DNA of 54,616 bases from IMG/VR virus record IMGVR_UViG_3300027734_000091, positions 1-54,616 of that record; one strand, given 5' to 3'. The position numbers were made by a program, and so were the translations under genes. Positions 36,985 to 47,701 of the stretch are shown in pieces; positions within the stretch are counted from its first letter, which is position 1; each line of letters opens with the position of its first letter. The notes beneath the pieces were generated by a model, which searched no databases, was not told the origin of the DNA, and worked only from the letters and a program-made list of their open reading frames with translations. Source of the stretch: a virus. Lineage: Duplodnaviria > Caudoviricetes.

Positions 36985-37979
36985 GTACCGAGCAACAAAA
37001 TGCTGAAAAGCAAGAAGTCATCACGATTCAGGAAGAAGTCGACGGTTCAGCAACAATTGAACTGCCAGATAGCATCCCATCCCCTGATGAACAGCCAGAT
37101 GCAGGTCACGAAGACTCTGATGAAGCTGATGAACGAGCCAGACGTGCTGAATTAGCCGCTGGTGGTGAGGTAGACGCCGATGCGGAGGCTCTGCGAGAGC
37201 AGAAACGTCAGAAACGACGCTCACGCAAGGAGTACCACCGCAACGTCGAGCAAGAAAAAAACGTCAAAATCCAACATTTGGAGCGCGTTAATCAAGAAAT
37301 GCTCGAGCGAATGGCGGTTTTGGAGAAAAAGTCGCATGGAAGTGAGTTAGCACGCCTTAATAAGGCGATTGAAGACCAACACAATCGCATTTTGTTTGCA
37401 AAGCAGAAGATTTCAGAGGCAACAGCCACTGGAAACGGTGATTTGCTGACTAATGCGCAGGAAATGTGGTTTGAAGCACGACGCAACGCTGAGGCTCTTG
37501 AAAACATCAAGAAAAAAGCCACGGCACCACGTCGTCAACGCACTATTCAAGCACCTGATCCAACCGTACAGAACTTTGCAAACCAATGGATGTCAAACAA
37601 TCAGTGGTATGACCCCAAAGGCAAGGATTCCGACTCAAAAATCGCTTTGACGATTGATGCGGCACTTGCTGAAGACGGTTATTCACCCCAAACTGCGGAA
37701 TTTTGGGAAGAACTTGACAACCGCTTGCAAAAGTACCTACCTCACCGTTATACTGATAACGCAAACGAGAGAACAACACAACGGAGACCCCGTAATGTAG
37801 TGACGAGTTCGGGACGCGAAGCGGCGTCGAGTAGTGGTGGTAGAAATACTTTTACTCTGAACCCAGATCAGGTCAGAGCCATGAAAGATGCGGGTATGTG
37901 GGACGATCCCGACAAGAGAGCGCGAATGGTCGCGAGGTATGCTAAAGAAGCACGTCAAAACAACGGTTATAGGAGTTGA
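36981..37979 (+). CDS. Putative capsid scaffolding protein
   Basis: Acidic N-terminus, coiled coil, W...N.W and terminal L...Q..AM..GM..YAK; gene position. Confidence 0.65.
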   Translation: MSTEQQNAEKQEVITIQEEVDGSATIELPDSIPSPDEQPDAGHEDSDEADERARRAELAAGGEVDADAEALREQKRQKRRSRKEYHRNVEQEKNVKIQHLERVNQEMLERMAVLEKKSHGSELARLNKAIEDQHNRILFAKQKISEATATGNGDLLTNAQEMWFEARRNAEALENIKKKATAPRRQRTIQAPDPTVQNFANQWMSNNQWYDPKGKDSDSKIALTIDAALAEDGYSPQTAEFWEELDNRLQKYLPHRYTDNANERTTQRRPRNVVTSSGREAASSSGGRNTFTLNPDQVRAMKDAGMWDDPDKRARMVARYAKEARQNNGYRS

Positions 37980-38521
37980 AAATGGATTCTCGTTTAAAGA
38001 AAAATTTGTCTGCTGGTGGACGCGAAAGTCGCGCGAGTCTTGACCAAAGTCGAGAGGCACCCGAAGACCAGTTCGTATCATCTGATGAGCGTCGCAAGAT
38101 GTGGAAAGATGAGTGGACACAAAGCGCGTTGCCCAATGTCCCTGAAGTTAAGGGATGGCATCATTGCTGGTTATCGTCAACCAATGCGTATGACAGCATT
38201 GACAAGAGGATCAGATTAGGTTATGTACCCGTGAAAGCGGACGAGATGACTGGGTTTGATAACTATCGAGTCAAGTCTGGAGAACAAACTGGTTATATCG
38301 CGTGTAATGAGATGATCTTGTACAAAATTCCTATGGACTTGTATCAAGATGTTATGGCTCATTTTCACCATGATGCACCGCTTGAGGAAGCGAACAAGAT
38401 TCGACTGCAAGCAGAGCAACAAGTGGGACGCGATAGCCGAGGTAGACCCTTGGGACAGATTGAAGGCGATGGTATGGACAACATTGATAAACCGATACCT
38501 GCTCCGCATTTTGCTGGGTAG
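37976..38521 (+). CDS. Hypothetical head-module protein (start 37976 or 37982)
   Basis: RLGYVPV and MILYKIP motifs; gene position. Confidence 0.6.
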   Translation: MKMDSRLKKNLSAGGRESRASLDQSREAPEDQFVSSDERRKMWKDEWTQSALPNVPEVKGWHHCWLSSTNAYDSIDKRIRLGYVPVKADEMTGFDNYRVKSGEQTGYIACNEMILYKIPMDLYQDVMAHFHHDAPLEEANKIRLQAEQQVGRDSRGRPLGQIEGDGMDNIDKPIPAPHFAG

Positions 38522-38550
38522 GAATGTTTTAACAAACAAGGAGTAAGACT

Positions 38551-39123
38551 ATGTCTTCAACATCTGCTCCGTTCGGTATGCGCCCATCGTTCCATCCTTC
38601 TGGTTTGGATCGCGCTGTCGCATTACCCAACGGTATCGCCTCTGCCTACGGAACTGGCATTTTAAAAGGTCAACCCGTAGCACTTAACACCAGCGGTAAC
38701 ATTATTGCCGCTACTGCTGGTAGCGCCTATCAAGGTGCTTTTGCTGGTCACGAGTACACCGACCTAACTGGTCGTCGTCTTGTCAGCAACCAATGGATTG
38801 CAAGCACTGCATACCAAACTGGTTCTGAAGTAACCTACTACTATTCTGACCCGAACATCGTTTACGACATTCAGGCTAATGGTAGTTTGGCTCAAACCTC
38901 CATTGGAGATCAAGCAGACTTTGCAAGCATTACCGCTGGTTCTACAACCACTGGTTTGTCGCAATGCATGATTTCTACCTCGTTGGCAGGTTCTAGTGCT
39001 GTTGGTGATATGCGTATCATCGGACTCACGCCTGCTGTTGACAATGCTTGGGGCGATGCTTACACAGTAGTGCAAGTACAAGTCTCTCGTAGTCAATTTG
39101 TTGCAACCATTAACGCCATCTAA
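38551..39123 (+). CDS. Putative capsid decoration/minor capsid protein
   Basis: APFGMRP start and DPNIVYDIQ; immediately upstream of the MCP. Confidence 0.6.
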   Translation: MSSTSAPFGMRPSFHPSGLDRAVALPNGIASAYGTGILKGQPVALNTSGNIIAATAGSAYQGAFAGHEYTDLTGRRLVSNQWIASTAYQTGSEVTYYYSDPNIVYDIQANGSLAQTSIGDQADFASITAGSTTTGLSQCMISTSLAGSSAVGDMRIIGLTPAVDNAWGDAYTVVQVQVSRSQFVATINAI

Positions 39124-39134
39124 GGAGTCCAATC

Positions 39135-40049
39135 ATGGCCGCACCAATGCGCAGTACGGACTTTAGAAGTATTGTTGAACCTATCCTCAACGAATGCTTC
39201 GATGGAGTCTATGACCAACGTACCGATGAATGGTCACGGGTTTTCCGTGAGCAAGAAGGTATTCCCCGTAACTACCACGAAGAACCAGTCCTTTATGGAT
39301 TTGGTGCCGCACCTCAACTTCCTGATGGAACACCTGTGTCCTATCAGCAAGGTGGTGTTCTCTTCTTGCAACGCTATGTGTACAACGTGTATGGTTTAGC
39401 CTTCGCGTTGACCAAAGTGTTGGTTGAAGATGGCGACCATATCCGTATTGGTCAGGTTTATGCACGTCACTTGGCACAGTCTTTGATTGAAACCAAAGAA
39501 ACTTTGTCAGCAAACGTGTTGAATCGTGCGTTTAACTCGAGCTACCCCGGCGGTGACGGCGTGTCTCTGAGTAATTCAGCGCACCCCATTGTGAATGGCA
39601 CATTTAGCAACTTGCTGACTACTGCCGCTAACTTGTCTCAGACTTCTCTTGAGCAGATGTTGATCCAAATCCGTCAAGCGGTGGACAACAATGGTAAGAA
39701 GATTCGTTTGGTTCCACGTCAACTGATTGTGGCACCGGGCAACGTCTTCCAAGCTGAAGTTCTGTTGAAGTCTGTCCTGCGCTCAGGTACTGGCAACAAC
39801 GACATTAACCCTGTTAAGTCTATCGGTCTTTTGGACGAAGGCGCGGCGGTGTTGTCACGTTTGACCAGTGCTACAGCATTCTGGGTACAGACTGATGCTC
39901 CTGAAGGCATGAAGTTGCTGATGCGTCGCAAACTCGAGAAAACTATGGAAGGTGATTTCGAGACCGACTCTATGCGCTACAAAGCTACAGAGCGTTACCA
40001 AGTGGGCTTCACTGATCCACGCGCCGTGTACGGCACGCCCGGCGTCTAA
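39135..40049 (+). CDS. Major capsid protein
   Basis: 304 aa; GGDGVSL.NSAHP, LIVAP, DFETDSMRYKATERY.VGFTDPRAVYG; strong RBS and downstream terminator. Confidence 0.85.
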   Translation: MAAPMRSTDFRSIVEPILNECFDGVYDQRTDEWSRVFREQEGIPRNYHEEPVLYGFGAAPQLPDGTPVSYQQGGVLFLQRYVYNVYGLAFALTKVLVEDGDHIRIGQVYARHLAQSLIETKETLSANVLNRAFNSSYPGGDGVSLSNSAHPIVNGTFSNLLTTAANLSQTSLEQMLIQIRQAVDNNGKKIRLVPRQLIVAPGNVFQAEVLLKSVLRSGTGNNDINPVKSIGLLDEGAAVLSRLTSATAFWVQTDAPEGMKLLMRRKLEKTMEGDFETDSMRYKATERYQVGFTDPRAVYGTPGV

Positions 40050-40060
40050 CCCACGCCACG

Positions 40061-40094
40061 AGGGGGTTGGGATAACACCTAACCCCTTTTTTTT
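40061..40094 (+). terminator. Rho-independent terminator after the MCP gene
   Basis: ggggttggg/cctaacccc stem followed by T8. Confidence 0.8.
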
Positions 40095-40126
40095 AATGTT
40101 TGGTCAAACTTTTCAAGGAGCAGACC

Positions 40127-41104
40127 ATGCCCCAGTTTTCAGATGATCTTTTTCTAGGTTCCGCTATCACCTATCAAGGTGGGGATACCTATCCTGCTGT
40201 TGCGACCTTTACTGGTTCAATTTCTACCACTACACTTACAGTCACCGCGATGCTTTCTGGTGACAATATTACTGTTGGTATGTTTATTGACAGTTCAACG
40301 TCACTCACCAATGGCACCTACATTACCGCTTTTGGTACAGGTACAGGCGGTACAGGTACTTACACAGTAAGTGCTTCACAAACTGTAGCAAGCGCCACCA
40401 TCATTGGTTCTGGTAATGCTTTGTTGCAAAACCCATCCACAATGACCACAGGCGTTGGCCCCTTGGGTCGACTCTATATTTGGGACGCTGTACCACAAGC
40501 AAAACTAACAACCAACATTGTTGCCGCTGTTATCACAACTGCTACCACGCTCACGCTTGCCGCAGGTGCAGGTGTGACATCCGCAACCATAACTGGTGGT
40601 GGTACAGGTCTGCAACTTGACTGCCCTCGTGCTGTGTCTACAACCACTGGTGCTGGTTCTCCAACTTCTGTCAACATTACTGTTTCTGGTTACGACTACT
40701 ACGGTCAAGCCATGAGCGAGGTAATTGCAACAGGAACAGTGGCGTCAACAACTGTTAATGGTAAAAAAGCCTTTTACCAAATTTCCAGTGTTGTTTCTTC
40801 TGGCGCAAGCGTGGTAACCGTTGCAGTAGGTACAACCGACATCTTAGGTGCGCCACTGCGCATCACTGATCGTGGTTACGTCACCCGCGCTGGCTGGGAC
40901 AATACTTTGGCTGAAGATGCTGGCACCCTGACTGTTGCCGCTACCGCTACAGCGACTACCACAACTGGAGATGTGCGCGGAACGTACACCCCTTCTTCGG
41001 CGGCAGACGGTATCAAGCGCCTTGTGATGGGAATAGCCCTGCCAGCGATTGCGGCAGGCCCGAATGCAACCCGTGTTGGCGCGTTTGGCGTCACACAAGC
41101 ATAA
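40127..41104 (+). CDS. Virion structural protein (T/G-rich)
   Basis: AAGGAG RBS; [15 protein letters not shown] and GKKAFYQI motifs. Confidence 0.6.
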   Translation: MPQFSDDLFLGSAITYQGGDTYPAVATFTGSISTTTLTVTAMLSGDNITVGMFIDSSTSLTNGTYITAFGTGTGGTGTYTVSASQTVASATIIGSGNALLQNPSTMTTGVGPLGRLYIWDAVPQAKLTTNIVAAVITTATTLTLAAGAGVTSATITGGGTGLQLDCPRAVSTTTGAGSPTSVNITVSGYDYYGQAMSEVIATGTVASTTVNGKKAFYQISSVVSSGASVVTVAVGTTDILGAPLRITDRGYVTRAGWDNTLAEDAGTLTVAATATATTTTGDVRGTYTPSSAADGIKRLVMGIALPAIAAGPNATRVGAFGVTQA

Positions 41105-41114
41105 GGAGAGCAAC

Positions 41115-42221
41115 ATGGGACAATTTAAACCAATGGTCAAAATGGAGACCACAGAACCCTCAGTAGAGTTAAAACTCGCTAAGGGTGGCTCAGTCAAGAT
41201 GAAAAAAGGCGGTAGCACTACCAAAGCCAAGAAGATGGCTATGGGTGGTGGCGCTATGGACATGATGTCAGGAACACCCGCTTTGGTGGGTCGTCCTGCT
41301 GTGAATGCTCCAGTGCGCACGCCGGGCAAGCCCTCCATGATGGCTCGTCGCAAGGCAATGATGGCAAAACCTGCTATGACACCGTCTAGCCCAACAATGC
41401 CCACCATGAAAAAAGGTGGCAAGGCTGAAGGCGGCGACACTGCTCAAGACAAAGCCATGATCAAGAAAGCCTTTAAACAGCACGATATGCAAGAGCATAA
41501 AGGCGGCAAAGGCACTAACTTGAAGCTGAAAAAGGGCGGCAAGATGGCTACTGGCGGTGTAACGGACGGTCAAGGTGGTTACAAAACTGGTGGTGTTGTC
41601 CTTGGTAACGGCGGTGGCTACAAAGACGGCGGTATGCCCATGAAAGACGGTAAACCTGCTTTTATCGGCGACGGCAAAGGCATGAAAAAAGGCGGCATGG
41701 CTACAGGCGGAGTTGTTCTAGGCAATGGCGGCGGCTACAAAATGGGAGGGAAAGCCTCAAAAAAAGCCTACGCGACGGGGGGAACTGTTAATTCAGGTCG
41801 CGCCGTCGCAATGCCGCAAGGCAATAAACCAGCTTCTGCACCAGTAGCAATTAGCCGCTTGTCAGGAACTTACAAGTCTGGTGGCAAAGTTGCCCCAAAC
41901 AACAAATCCTTGCAAGCAATTAACAATGCTGAGTACGCTCCTACTATGCGTGCCGCTAAAACGGATAGCAACCTGAAATATGGTTCTCTAAAGCGGATGA
42001 AAGAGGGCGGCACTACGGATATGTCTAAGGGTGCATACGATAAAACTGGAAAGTACAACCGTGAACTTGAGGATGCAATGAATCCTCTGAGCATGATGAA
42101 AGAACTTGCTGGTAAAGCAAAAGATTACTTCATGCCAAAAGGTTCTGAGAGTGTGACCAAGACTAAAGAGTCTGTAACGGTTTCACCTGCAAGCAAGAAA
42201 CGCGGTGGTATGGTTTGTTGA
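41115..42221 (+). CDS. Basic K/G/M-rich protein made of repeated xxGG units
   Basis: AAGGAG RBS; many MKKGG/MATGG/YKxGG units. Confidence 0.7.
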   Translation: MGQFKPMVKMETTEPSVELKLAKGGSVKMKKGGSTTKAKKMAMGGGAMDMMSGTPALVGRPAVNAPVRTPGKPSMMARRKAMMAKPAMTPSSPTMPTMKKGGKAEGGDTAQDKAMIKKAFKQHDMQEHKGGKGTNLKLKKGGKMATGGVTDGQGGYKTGGVVLGNGGGYKDGGMPMKDGKPAFIGDGKGMKKGGMATGGVVLGNGGGYKMGGKASKKAYATGGTVNSGRAVAMPQGNKPASAPVAISRLSGTYKSGGKVAPNNKSLQAINNAEYAPTMRAAKTDSNLKYGSLKRMKEGGTTDMSKGAYDKTGKYNRELEDAMNPLSMMKELAGKAKDYFMPKGSESVTKTKESVTVSPASKKRGGMVC

Positions 42222-42226
42222 AATAA

Positions 42227-42251
42227 GGTGGGGGCTTCGGCTCCTGCTTTT
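42227..42251 (+). terminator. Rho-independent terminator with cUUCGg loop
   Basis: ggtgggggc-ttcg-gctcctgct followed by a T run. Confidence 0.65.
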
Positions 42252-42265
42252 AATTGGAGAAATGA

Positions 42266-42685
42266 ATGACTATTACGGCTACATCCCAAACATTATTTGA
42301 TGGCGAAAGAATCGCCATTATGAAGTTTTACGCATCAATGAGTACGACTGAAAATGAGTCTGCTGTTGCAAAAGTAACTCCTTCGGCATTGTTGGCATCA
42401 AGTGCAGGTGGCGCTTGTGATGCTGTGACCATTTTAAAATGCACGGCAATGACGCATGGCTTAGAAGTTCAAATGAATTGGAAAGCAAGCACACCAGTTG
42501 TTATTGAAATTATTCCGCCAAATACAAATTACACCCAAGACTTTTCAAGTTTTGGTGGTTTGTGGAACAACGCTGGTTCAGGTAAAGATGGTGTGATTAC
42601 TTTTACTACTTTAGATGGTAGTGCTGGAGATGCATACACAATCATTCTTGAAATGCAAAAACATTACGTTAATCCATTAGGTTAA
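42266..42685 (+). CDS. Hypothetical virion-associated protein
   Basis: GGAG RBS; DFSSFGGL.NNAGSGKDG.I.FTT. Confidence 0.6.
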   Translation: MTITATSQTLFDGERIAIMKFYASMSTTENESAVAKVTPSALLASSAGGACDAVTILKCTAMTHGLEVQMNWKASTPVVIEIIPPNTNYTQDFSSFGGLWNNAGSGKDGVITFTTLDGSAGDAYTIILEMQKHYVNPLG

Positions 42686-42687
42686 TC

Positions 42688-42966
42688 ATGCCAAGCAAAT
42701 CATCTTCTCAACACAATTTGATGGAAGCGGTCGCACATAACCCTGCGTTCGCCAAGAAGGTTGGTATTCCTCAAAAAGTCGGCAAAGATTTTGCCAAAGC
42801 TGATGAGGGAAAGAAACTTAAAGGAGGCGGCTTGTATGCAAATATCAATGCAAAACGTGAAAGAATATCTGAAGGCTCTGGGGAGAAAATGCGCAGAGTT
42901 GGTAGCAAAGGTGCGCCAACGGCTGGAGACTTTAAAGAGTCAGCAAAAACCGCCAAAGTAAAATGA
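42688..42966 (+). CDS. Small basic hypothetical protein
   Basis: MPSKS..QHNLM.AVAH..FAKKVGIPQ.VG fused to GLYANINAKR. Confidence 0.6.
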   Translation: MPSKSSSQHNLMEAVAHNPAFAKKVGIPQKVGKDFAKADEGKKLKGGGLYANINAKRERISEGSGEKMRRVGSKGAPTAGDFKESAKTAKVK

Positions 42967-43217
42967 GCAAAAAAAAAGTTAATTTAGCAGTCGGTCGCGG
43001 CGAAAAGTTGCCTACTTCTAAAGGGGCTGGGTTAACTGCCAAAGGTCGAGCCAAATATAATGCGGCAACAGGCAGTAATTTAAAAGCACCTCAACCTCAA
43101 GGTGGTGCAAGAAAAGATTCTTTTTGCGCTCGAATGAGCGGGATGGCAGGCCCGATGAAGGACGAAAAAGGCAAGCCTACTCGTAAAGCGGCGGCGCTTG
43201 CACGTTGGAAGTGTTGA
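42963..43217 (+). CDS. Small basic hypothetical protein
   Basis: GLTAKGRAKYN, RKDSFCARM and ALARWKC motifs. Confidence 0.6.
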   Translation: MSKKKVNLAVGRGEKLPTSKGAGLTAKGRAKYNAATGSNLKAPQPQGGARKDSFCARMSGMAGPMKDEKGKPTRKAAALARWKC

Positions 43218-43218
43218 T

Positions 43219-44289
43219 ATGGCGTACTCTGAAACCTACGGACAAACAGTCAATGTACAGACATTGATTGACCACGGCGCTCGACGCTGTGGGAAGCTGG
43301 CTGAAGAGTTGACTTCTGAGCAAGTTCTCTCCGCTCGTCAATCGCTTGGGTTCTTGCTTTCTAACCTTATCAATCGCGGCATTCAGTATTGGTGCATCAG
43401 CAAAGAGGTGATTGGACTTACCCCTAACAAGTATCAATACACCCTGCCTGATGGGGCTGTAGACACGCTTAATGTGCTATATCGCACTTTAAATCGTCCA
43501 GTAGGGGCGTATACCTCCTCTGCTGGCGGAACTGTTGCAAATCTTTACGATGGTGATGTTGACACTTACACCCAACAGGCTTCGGCAAACGGAAGTTTCA
43601 CGGTCAATTACGGAACGTCAAACCCCATCTATGCAGGCTCTATTGGGTTCTTACCCTACATCTCTGGTGGTGGGTCTGGAACGTGGAATATTACGCTCCA
43701 ATACTCGACTGACGGGGTAACGTATTCCACCTTGCAAAACCTTGGGGCGGTTGCGGTTAAGGACAACACATGGGTGTGGACGGACATAGACCCCGGTCAG
43801 TCCGTCGCCTACTACCGCATTCTTGCCTCCTCTGGGACTACGCTTGCTCTTCGTGAGTGGTACATCGGTAACAACAGTACCGAGGTGATGATGTCTCGCC
43901 TAAACCGCGACGACTACACCAATCTACCTAACAAGAACTTTACTGCAAACCAGCCTTTTCAGTTTTGGTTTGATCGCACTATTCCAAACCCAACGATTTA
44001 TCTTTGGCCTACCCCTAGCAATGCCTTTGTGCAGATGACGGTGTGGTATTCCACGCAAGTCATGGATGTGGGTGCTTTAACTAACGAGTTGCAGATTCCT
44101 CAGCGTTGGTACGAGGCGGTGGTGTTTATGCTGGCTCACAGGATGAGCCTTGAACTTCCACAGGTTGCAATGGATCGTGTTGGCTATCTTGAGAAGATGG
44201 CTGAAAAATATCTGTTTGAAGCGGAGCAGGAAGAGCGCGATAAATCTCCCATATATCTAGCTCCTAACATAAGTCCATACACAGCATAA
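43219..44289 (+). CDS. Putative head-tail connector/tail tubular protein with inserted discoidin-like domain
   Basis: ARQSL..L...NRGI.YW, LNRDDYTNLPNK, P.QFWFDR; central beta-sandwich-like insert. Confidence 0.6.
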   Translation: MAYSETYGQTVNVQTLIDHGARRCGKLAEELTSEQVLSARQSLGFLLSNLINRGIQYWCISKEVIGLTPNKYQYTLPDGAVDTLNVLYRTLNRPVGAYTSSAGGTVANLYDGDVDTYTQQASANGSFTVNYGTSNPIYAGSIGFLPYISGGGSGTWNITLQYSTDGVTYSTLQNLGAVAVKDNTWVWTDIDPGQSVAYYRILASSGTTLALREWYIGNNSTEVMMSRLNRDDYTNLPNKNFTANQPFQFWFDRTIPNPTIYLWPTPSNAFVQMTVWYSTQVMDVGALTNELQIPQRWYEAVVFMLAHRMSLELPQVAMDRVGYLEKMAEKYLFEAEQEERDKSPIYLAPNISPYTA

Positions 44290-44651
44290 TGCCAGTTTTT
44301 CTTGACACTCGTGGGTTGACATCGGTTGCCATCGCGGTTTGCGATAGGTGCAAGATGAAGGTGCCTTTTGTCACGTTGGTGGCGGATGGGAACTCGCCGG
44401 GTCTCCGCGTCTGCGCAGAACGTGGATGCAGAGATGTGCTTGATCCCTATCGTTTACCTGCTCGAAAAACCGAAAGAATCAACTTACGATTTCCTCGTCC
44501 TGATGTTAATATTGATGCTGGTGATAACTACTTGATGACTGGCGGAATAAGCCAGTTTCAAATTTCTACTGAGCAGAACACTCAAACGCCAACACAGACG
44601 GGCAACGAAGACACTCTTGCGCCAAACCCTCCAGACGATACGAGTACATAA
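44289..44651 (+). CDS. Hypothetical Cys-containing virion-module protein
   Basis: AVCDRC...GLRVC...C.D..DP and LRFPRPD. Confidence 0.6.
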   Translation: MPVFLDTRGLTSVAIAVCDRCKMKVPFVTLVADGNSPGLRVCAERGCRDVLDPYRLPARKTERINLRFPRPDVNIDAGDNYLMTGGISQFQISTEQNTQTPTQTGNEDTLAPNPPDDTST

Positions 44652-46715
44652 ATGTCAGCACAAGTAACCATACTCCAACTGCCAGCCGCTGGTGCTATTA
44701 CAGGTACTGAGGCGGTTCCTATTGTCCAAAATGGTGTGACAGTTCAAACCACGACTGCGGCGCTTGCTGGCTCACCTGTTCAGACTTATTCTTATTTGAC
44801 GGTCACACAGACTCCTCAATTGGCAAACAGTCGGTATGTGGGGGCAACCAATGGTTTGACTGTGACCGACGGCGGAGCGCAGGGACTTTTTAATATAACG
44901 ACCACAGGCGCGTTATCTTCATTGGTGTCATCTGGTACTGGGTTTCAGGTTAAAACGTCTTCTACAGCCATTACAAACCGTTCTATAGCGGTTAGCGGTA
45001 ATGGGCTGTCAATCACCAACGGTTCTGGCGTATCTGGCGACCCAACCATTGCTTTGAGCGGTCAGGTGTTGAATTTTGCCAATGCCAGCTTCAATGGGCT
45101 TGTGGCGCTTTCAACTGGTGGTGCTATTACTTCTGCGACCATCACAGGAACCGCAAGTCAAATTGGCGTTGCAAACGGAACTGGCGTAAGCGGTAATCCA
45201 ACGATTTCTTTGGCTACTGACCCTGTAATACCCGGCACTGGGGGGGTCGTTGTTCCCGCTGGCACAACAGGTCAGCGCGGAACATCTACGTTAGGTAACT
45301 TTCGTTTCAACTCAACAACTGGTTTGTTTGAGGGATACAACGGGGCTTGGACTGCATTTGCCTCTGGTTCTGGTGTTACTTCTGTAGCAACTGGAACTGG
45401 GCTGACGGGAGGCCCAATCACCTCCACAGGAACAATCAGCATTGATGTGACTGGCGTTTCCGCAGGAACCTACGGCTCGTCTTTAGTTGTTCCAGTTATT
45501 GCGGTGAATGCACAGGGTCAGATTACAAGTGCAACAAACACAACAATCAACGCTGTAACGCTGACTACGGGTACGATTTCAACAACCCCATCTAATTCAA
45601 CCGACATAGCCAACAAGGCGTATGTCGATACAGTTGCGCAGGGGTTAGACACCAAAGCCTCGGTGATAGCTGGCACAACGGCAAACATCACTTTGAGTGG
45701 CACCCAAACCATTGACGGTATTGTTTTGGTTTCTGGTGATCGTGTGTTGGTGAAGAATCAAACTTTGCCAGCAAACAATGGACTCTACCTTTGTGCGGCG
45801 GGTGCGTGGACAAGAACCACGGACATGGACACTTGGGCGGAAGTCCCCGGCGCGTACGTCTTCGTAGAGACTGGCTCTACCCTTGCTGATACAGGTTGGG
45901 TTTGCACATCCGATGCTGGCGGCACGATTGGTGTTACTGCCATCACATGGGCGCAGTTCTCAGGCGCAGGCTCTGGCGTAAGTTCAATTACTTTTGGCTC
46001 TACTGGATTGACTCCAGCAACGGCGACTACAGGTGCTGTAACTGTTGCAGGGACGCTCGCGCTTGCTAACGGCGGTACTGGACAGACCACAGCGGCGGCG
46101 GCTATTACAGCCCTGACAGGTACGCAGACAAGCGCATATTATTTACGCTCTAACGGTACAAACGCTACGCTGTCTGCTTTGTCTGCGGCTGACTTGACAG
46201 GCACGGTGGCTATCGCTTCTGGCGGTACAGGTCAGACAACAGCTTCTGCGGCGTTCAATGCGCTGTCTCCTGTTACGACTACAGGTGATTTAATTATTGG
46301 TAACGGAACCAATAGTGCAACACGTTTGGCTATTGGCGCTAACGGATATTTGCTGACATCCAACGGAACAACAGCATCTTGGGTTGCCGCGCCAGCAAGT
46401 GGTGTAACCACATTTAGCGCAGGAACTACGGGTTTGACGCCCTCAAGCGCAACTGGTGGTGCGGTTACTTTGGCTGGAACTTTGGCAGTTCTTAATGGTG
46501 GAACTGGGGCAACAGTAGCCTCAACTGCAAGAACAAACTTAGTTGCCGCCAAATCAGGCACTAACAGTGACATCACAGAGTTGTACGCGTTGAACGGAAC
46601 GGCTGGTGGTGTGGCTTATCAAAACGTATCAAATCAACTGATAATGGGGTCAGCATTGACATTTGACGGCTCGATGTTATTTGTGCCGGGTGGTATCTCA
46701 GGAGGAACTTTCTAA
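44652..46715 (+). CDS. Tail fibre protein
   Basis: T/G/S-rich; LSGTQTIDG...GDRVLVKNQT...NGLY module; repeated GGTG fibre units. Confidence 0.75.
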   Translation: MSAQVTILQLPAAGAITGTEAVPIVQNGVTVQTTTAALAGSPVQTYSYLTVTQTPQLANSRYVGATNGLTVTDGGAQGLFNITTTGALSSLVSSGTGFQVKTSSTAITNRSIAVSGNGLSITNGSGVSGDPTIALSGQVLNFANASFNGLVALSTGGAITSATITGTASQIGVANGTGVSGNPTISLATDPVIPGTGGVVVPAGTTGQRGTSTLGNFRFNSTTGLFEGYNGAWTAFASGSGVTSVATGTGLTGGPITSTGTISIDVTGVSAGTYGSSLVVPVIAVNAQGQITSATNTTINAVTLTTGTISTTPSNSTDIANKAYVDTVAQGLDTKASVIAGTTANITLSGTQTIDGIVLVSGDRVLVKNQTLPANNGLYLCAAGAWTRTTDMDTWAEVPGAYVFVETGSTLADTGWVCTSDAGGTIGVTAITWAQFSGAGSGVSSITFGSTGLTPATATTGAVTVAGTLALANGGTGQTTAAAAITALTGTQTSAYYLRSNGTNATLSALSAADLTGTVAIASGGTGQTTASAAFNALSPVTTTGDLIIGNGTNSATRLAIGANGYLLTSNGTTASWVAAPASGVTTFSAGTTGLTPSSATGGAVTLAGTLAVLNGGTGATVASTARTNLVAAKSGTNSDITELYALNGTAGGVAYQNVSNQLIMGSALTFDGSMLFVPGGISGGTF

Positions 46716-47272
46716 TGGCGGCTACAAACTTTACACCAATCTCGCTGTACTACAGCACGACTGCGGCGGCTACACCGTCTGCTGGAAATCTTGTTGCTGG
46801 CGAGTTAGCACTTAACACACTTGATGAAAAGCTGTACTTTAAGAACAGTACAGGTACTGTCAAACTGCTTGCTAGTAATGCAGGTTCAGCAGGATCAGTC
46901 ACAAGCGTTGCGGCTACTGTTCCCACGTTCTTGTCAATTGCAGGGTCTCCAATTACCACGAGCGGTACGCTTGCAATTACCTTGTCTGGTACAGCGTTAC
47001 CCGTAGCTAACGGCGGTACAGGCTTGACATCAGGAACTTCTGGCGGTGTTCTAGCCTACACAGCATCTGGCACATTGGCATCTTCTGCGGCACTAACTCA
47101 GTATGGTGTTGTTTATGGAGGAGGTGCTGGTGTTGCTCCCTCGGCTACTGCTAATGGTACAACTGGTCAATATCTGCAAGCAAACACTGGCAGTGCGCCT
47201 ACATGGGTAACACCTTCTTCTGGTGTGACAACTGGTAAAGCCATTGCGATGGCAATGATTTTTGGATTCTAA
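46715..47272 (+). CDS. Tail fibre-associated protein
   Basis: L.AGELALN..D.KLYFK head, LPVANGGTG, terminal GKAIAMAMIFG. Confidence 0.65.
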   Translation: MAATNFTPISLYYSTTAAATPSAGNLVAGELALNTLDEKLYFKNSTGTVKLLASNAGSAGSVTSVAATVPTFLSIAGSPITTSGTLAITLSGTALPVANGGTGLTSGTSGGVLAYTASGTLASSAALTQYGVVYGGGAGVAPSATANGTTGQYLQANTGSAPTWVTPSSGVTTGKAIAMAMIFGF

Positions 47273-47284
47273 GGAGCGATAAAC

Positions 47285-47689
47285 ATGGCAAATCCTAATA
47301 TTGTCAACGTCACAAGTATTTATGGGAATGTGGCGTATGTCACTCCTAGTGCTACGAGTGTCTCGACTGCATGGACTTACAACGGCACTACGGCGTTGAC
47401 TGGTCTCACACCCGCTGTTGGCACGGTCAATCGTGTCACTAGCATTGTTGTGGCTAACGTCACTTCATCTGCGGCAAACTGCACAGTACAGATTTCAAAC
47501 AATCCCACGTTTGCTTCTGGCACTGCATATAGCATTGCGTATCAGATCAGTGTGCCTCCAAATGCATCATTGATTGTGACTGATAAGACCTCATCGTTTT
47601 ATGTGACTGAAAACCAGTCTGTAGGTGTGATCTCTGGAACAGCCAGCGCATTGGTTTATACAGCCACATTTGAAGCAATCACATCTTAA
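47285..47689 (+). CDS. Tail-associated protein
   Basis: MANPNIVNVTSIYG start; VPPNASLIV.DK. Confidence 0.6.
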   Translation: MANPNIVNVTSIYGNVAYVTPSATSVSTAWTYNGTTALTGLTPAVGTVNRVTSIVVANVTSSAANCTVQISNNPTFASGTAYSIAYQISVPPNASLIVTDKTSSFYVTENQSVGVISGTASALVYTATFEAITS

Positions 47690-47701
47690 TAGGAGGCTTT
47701 C

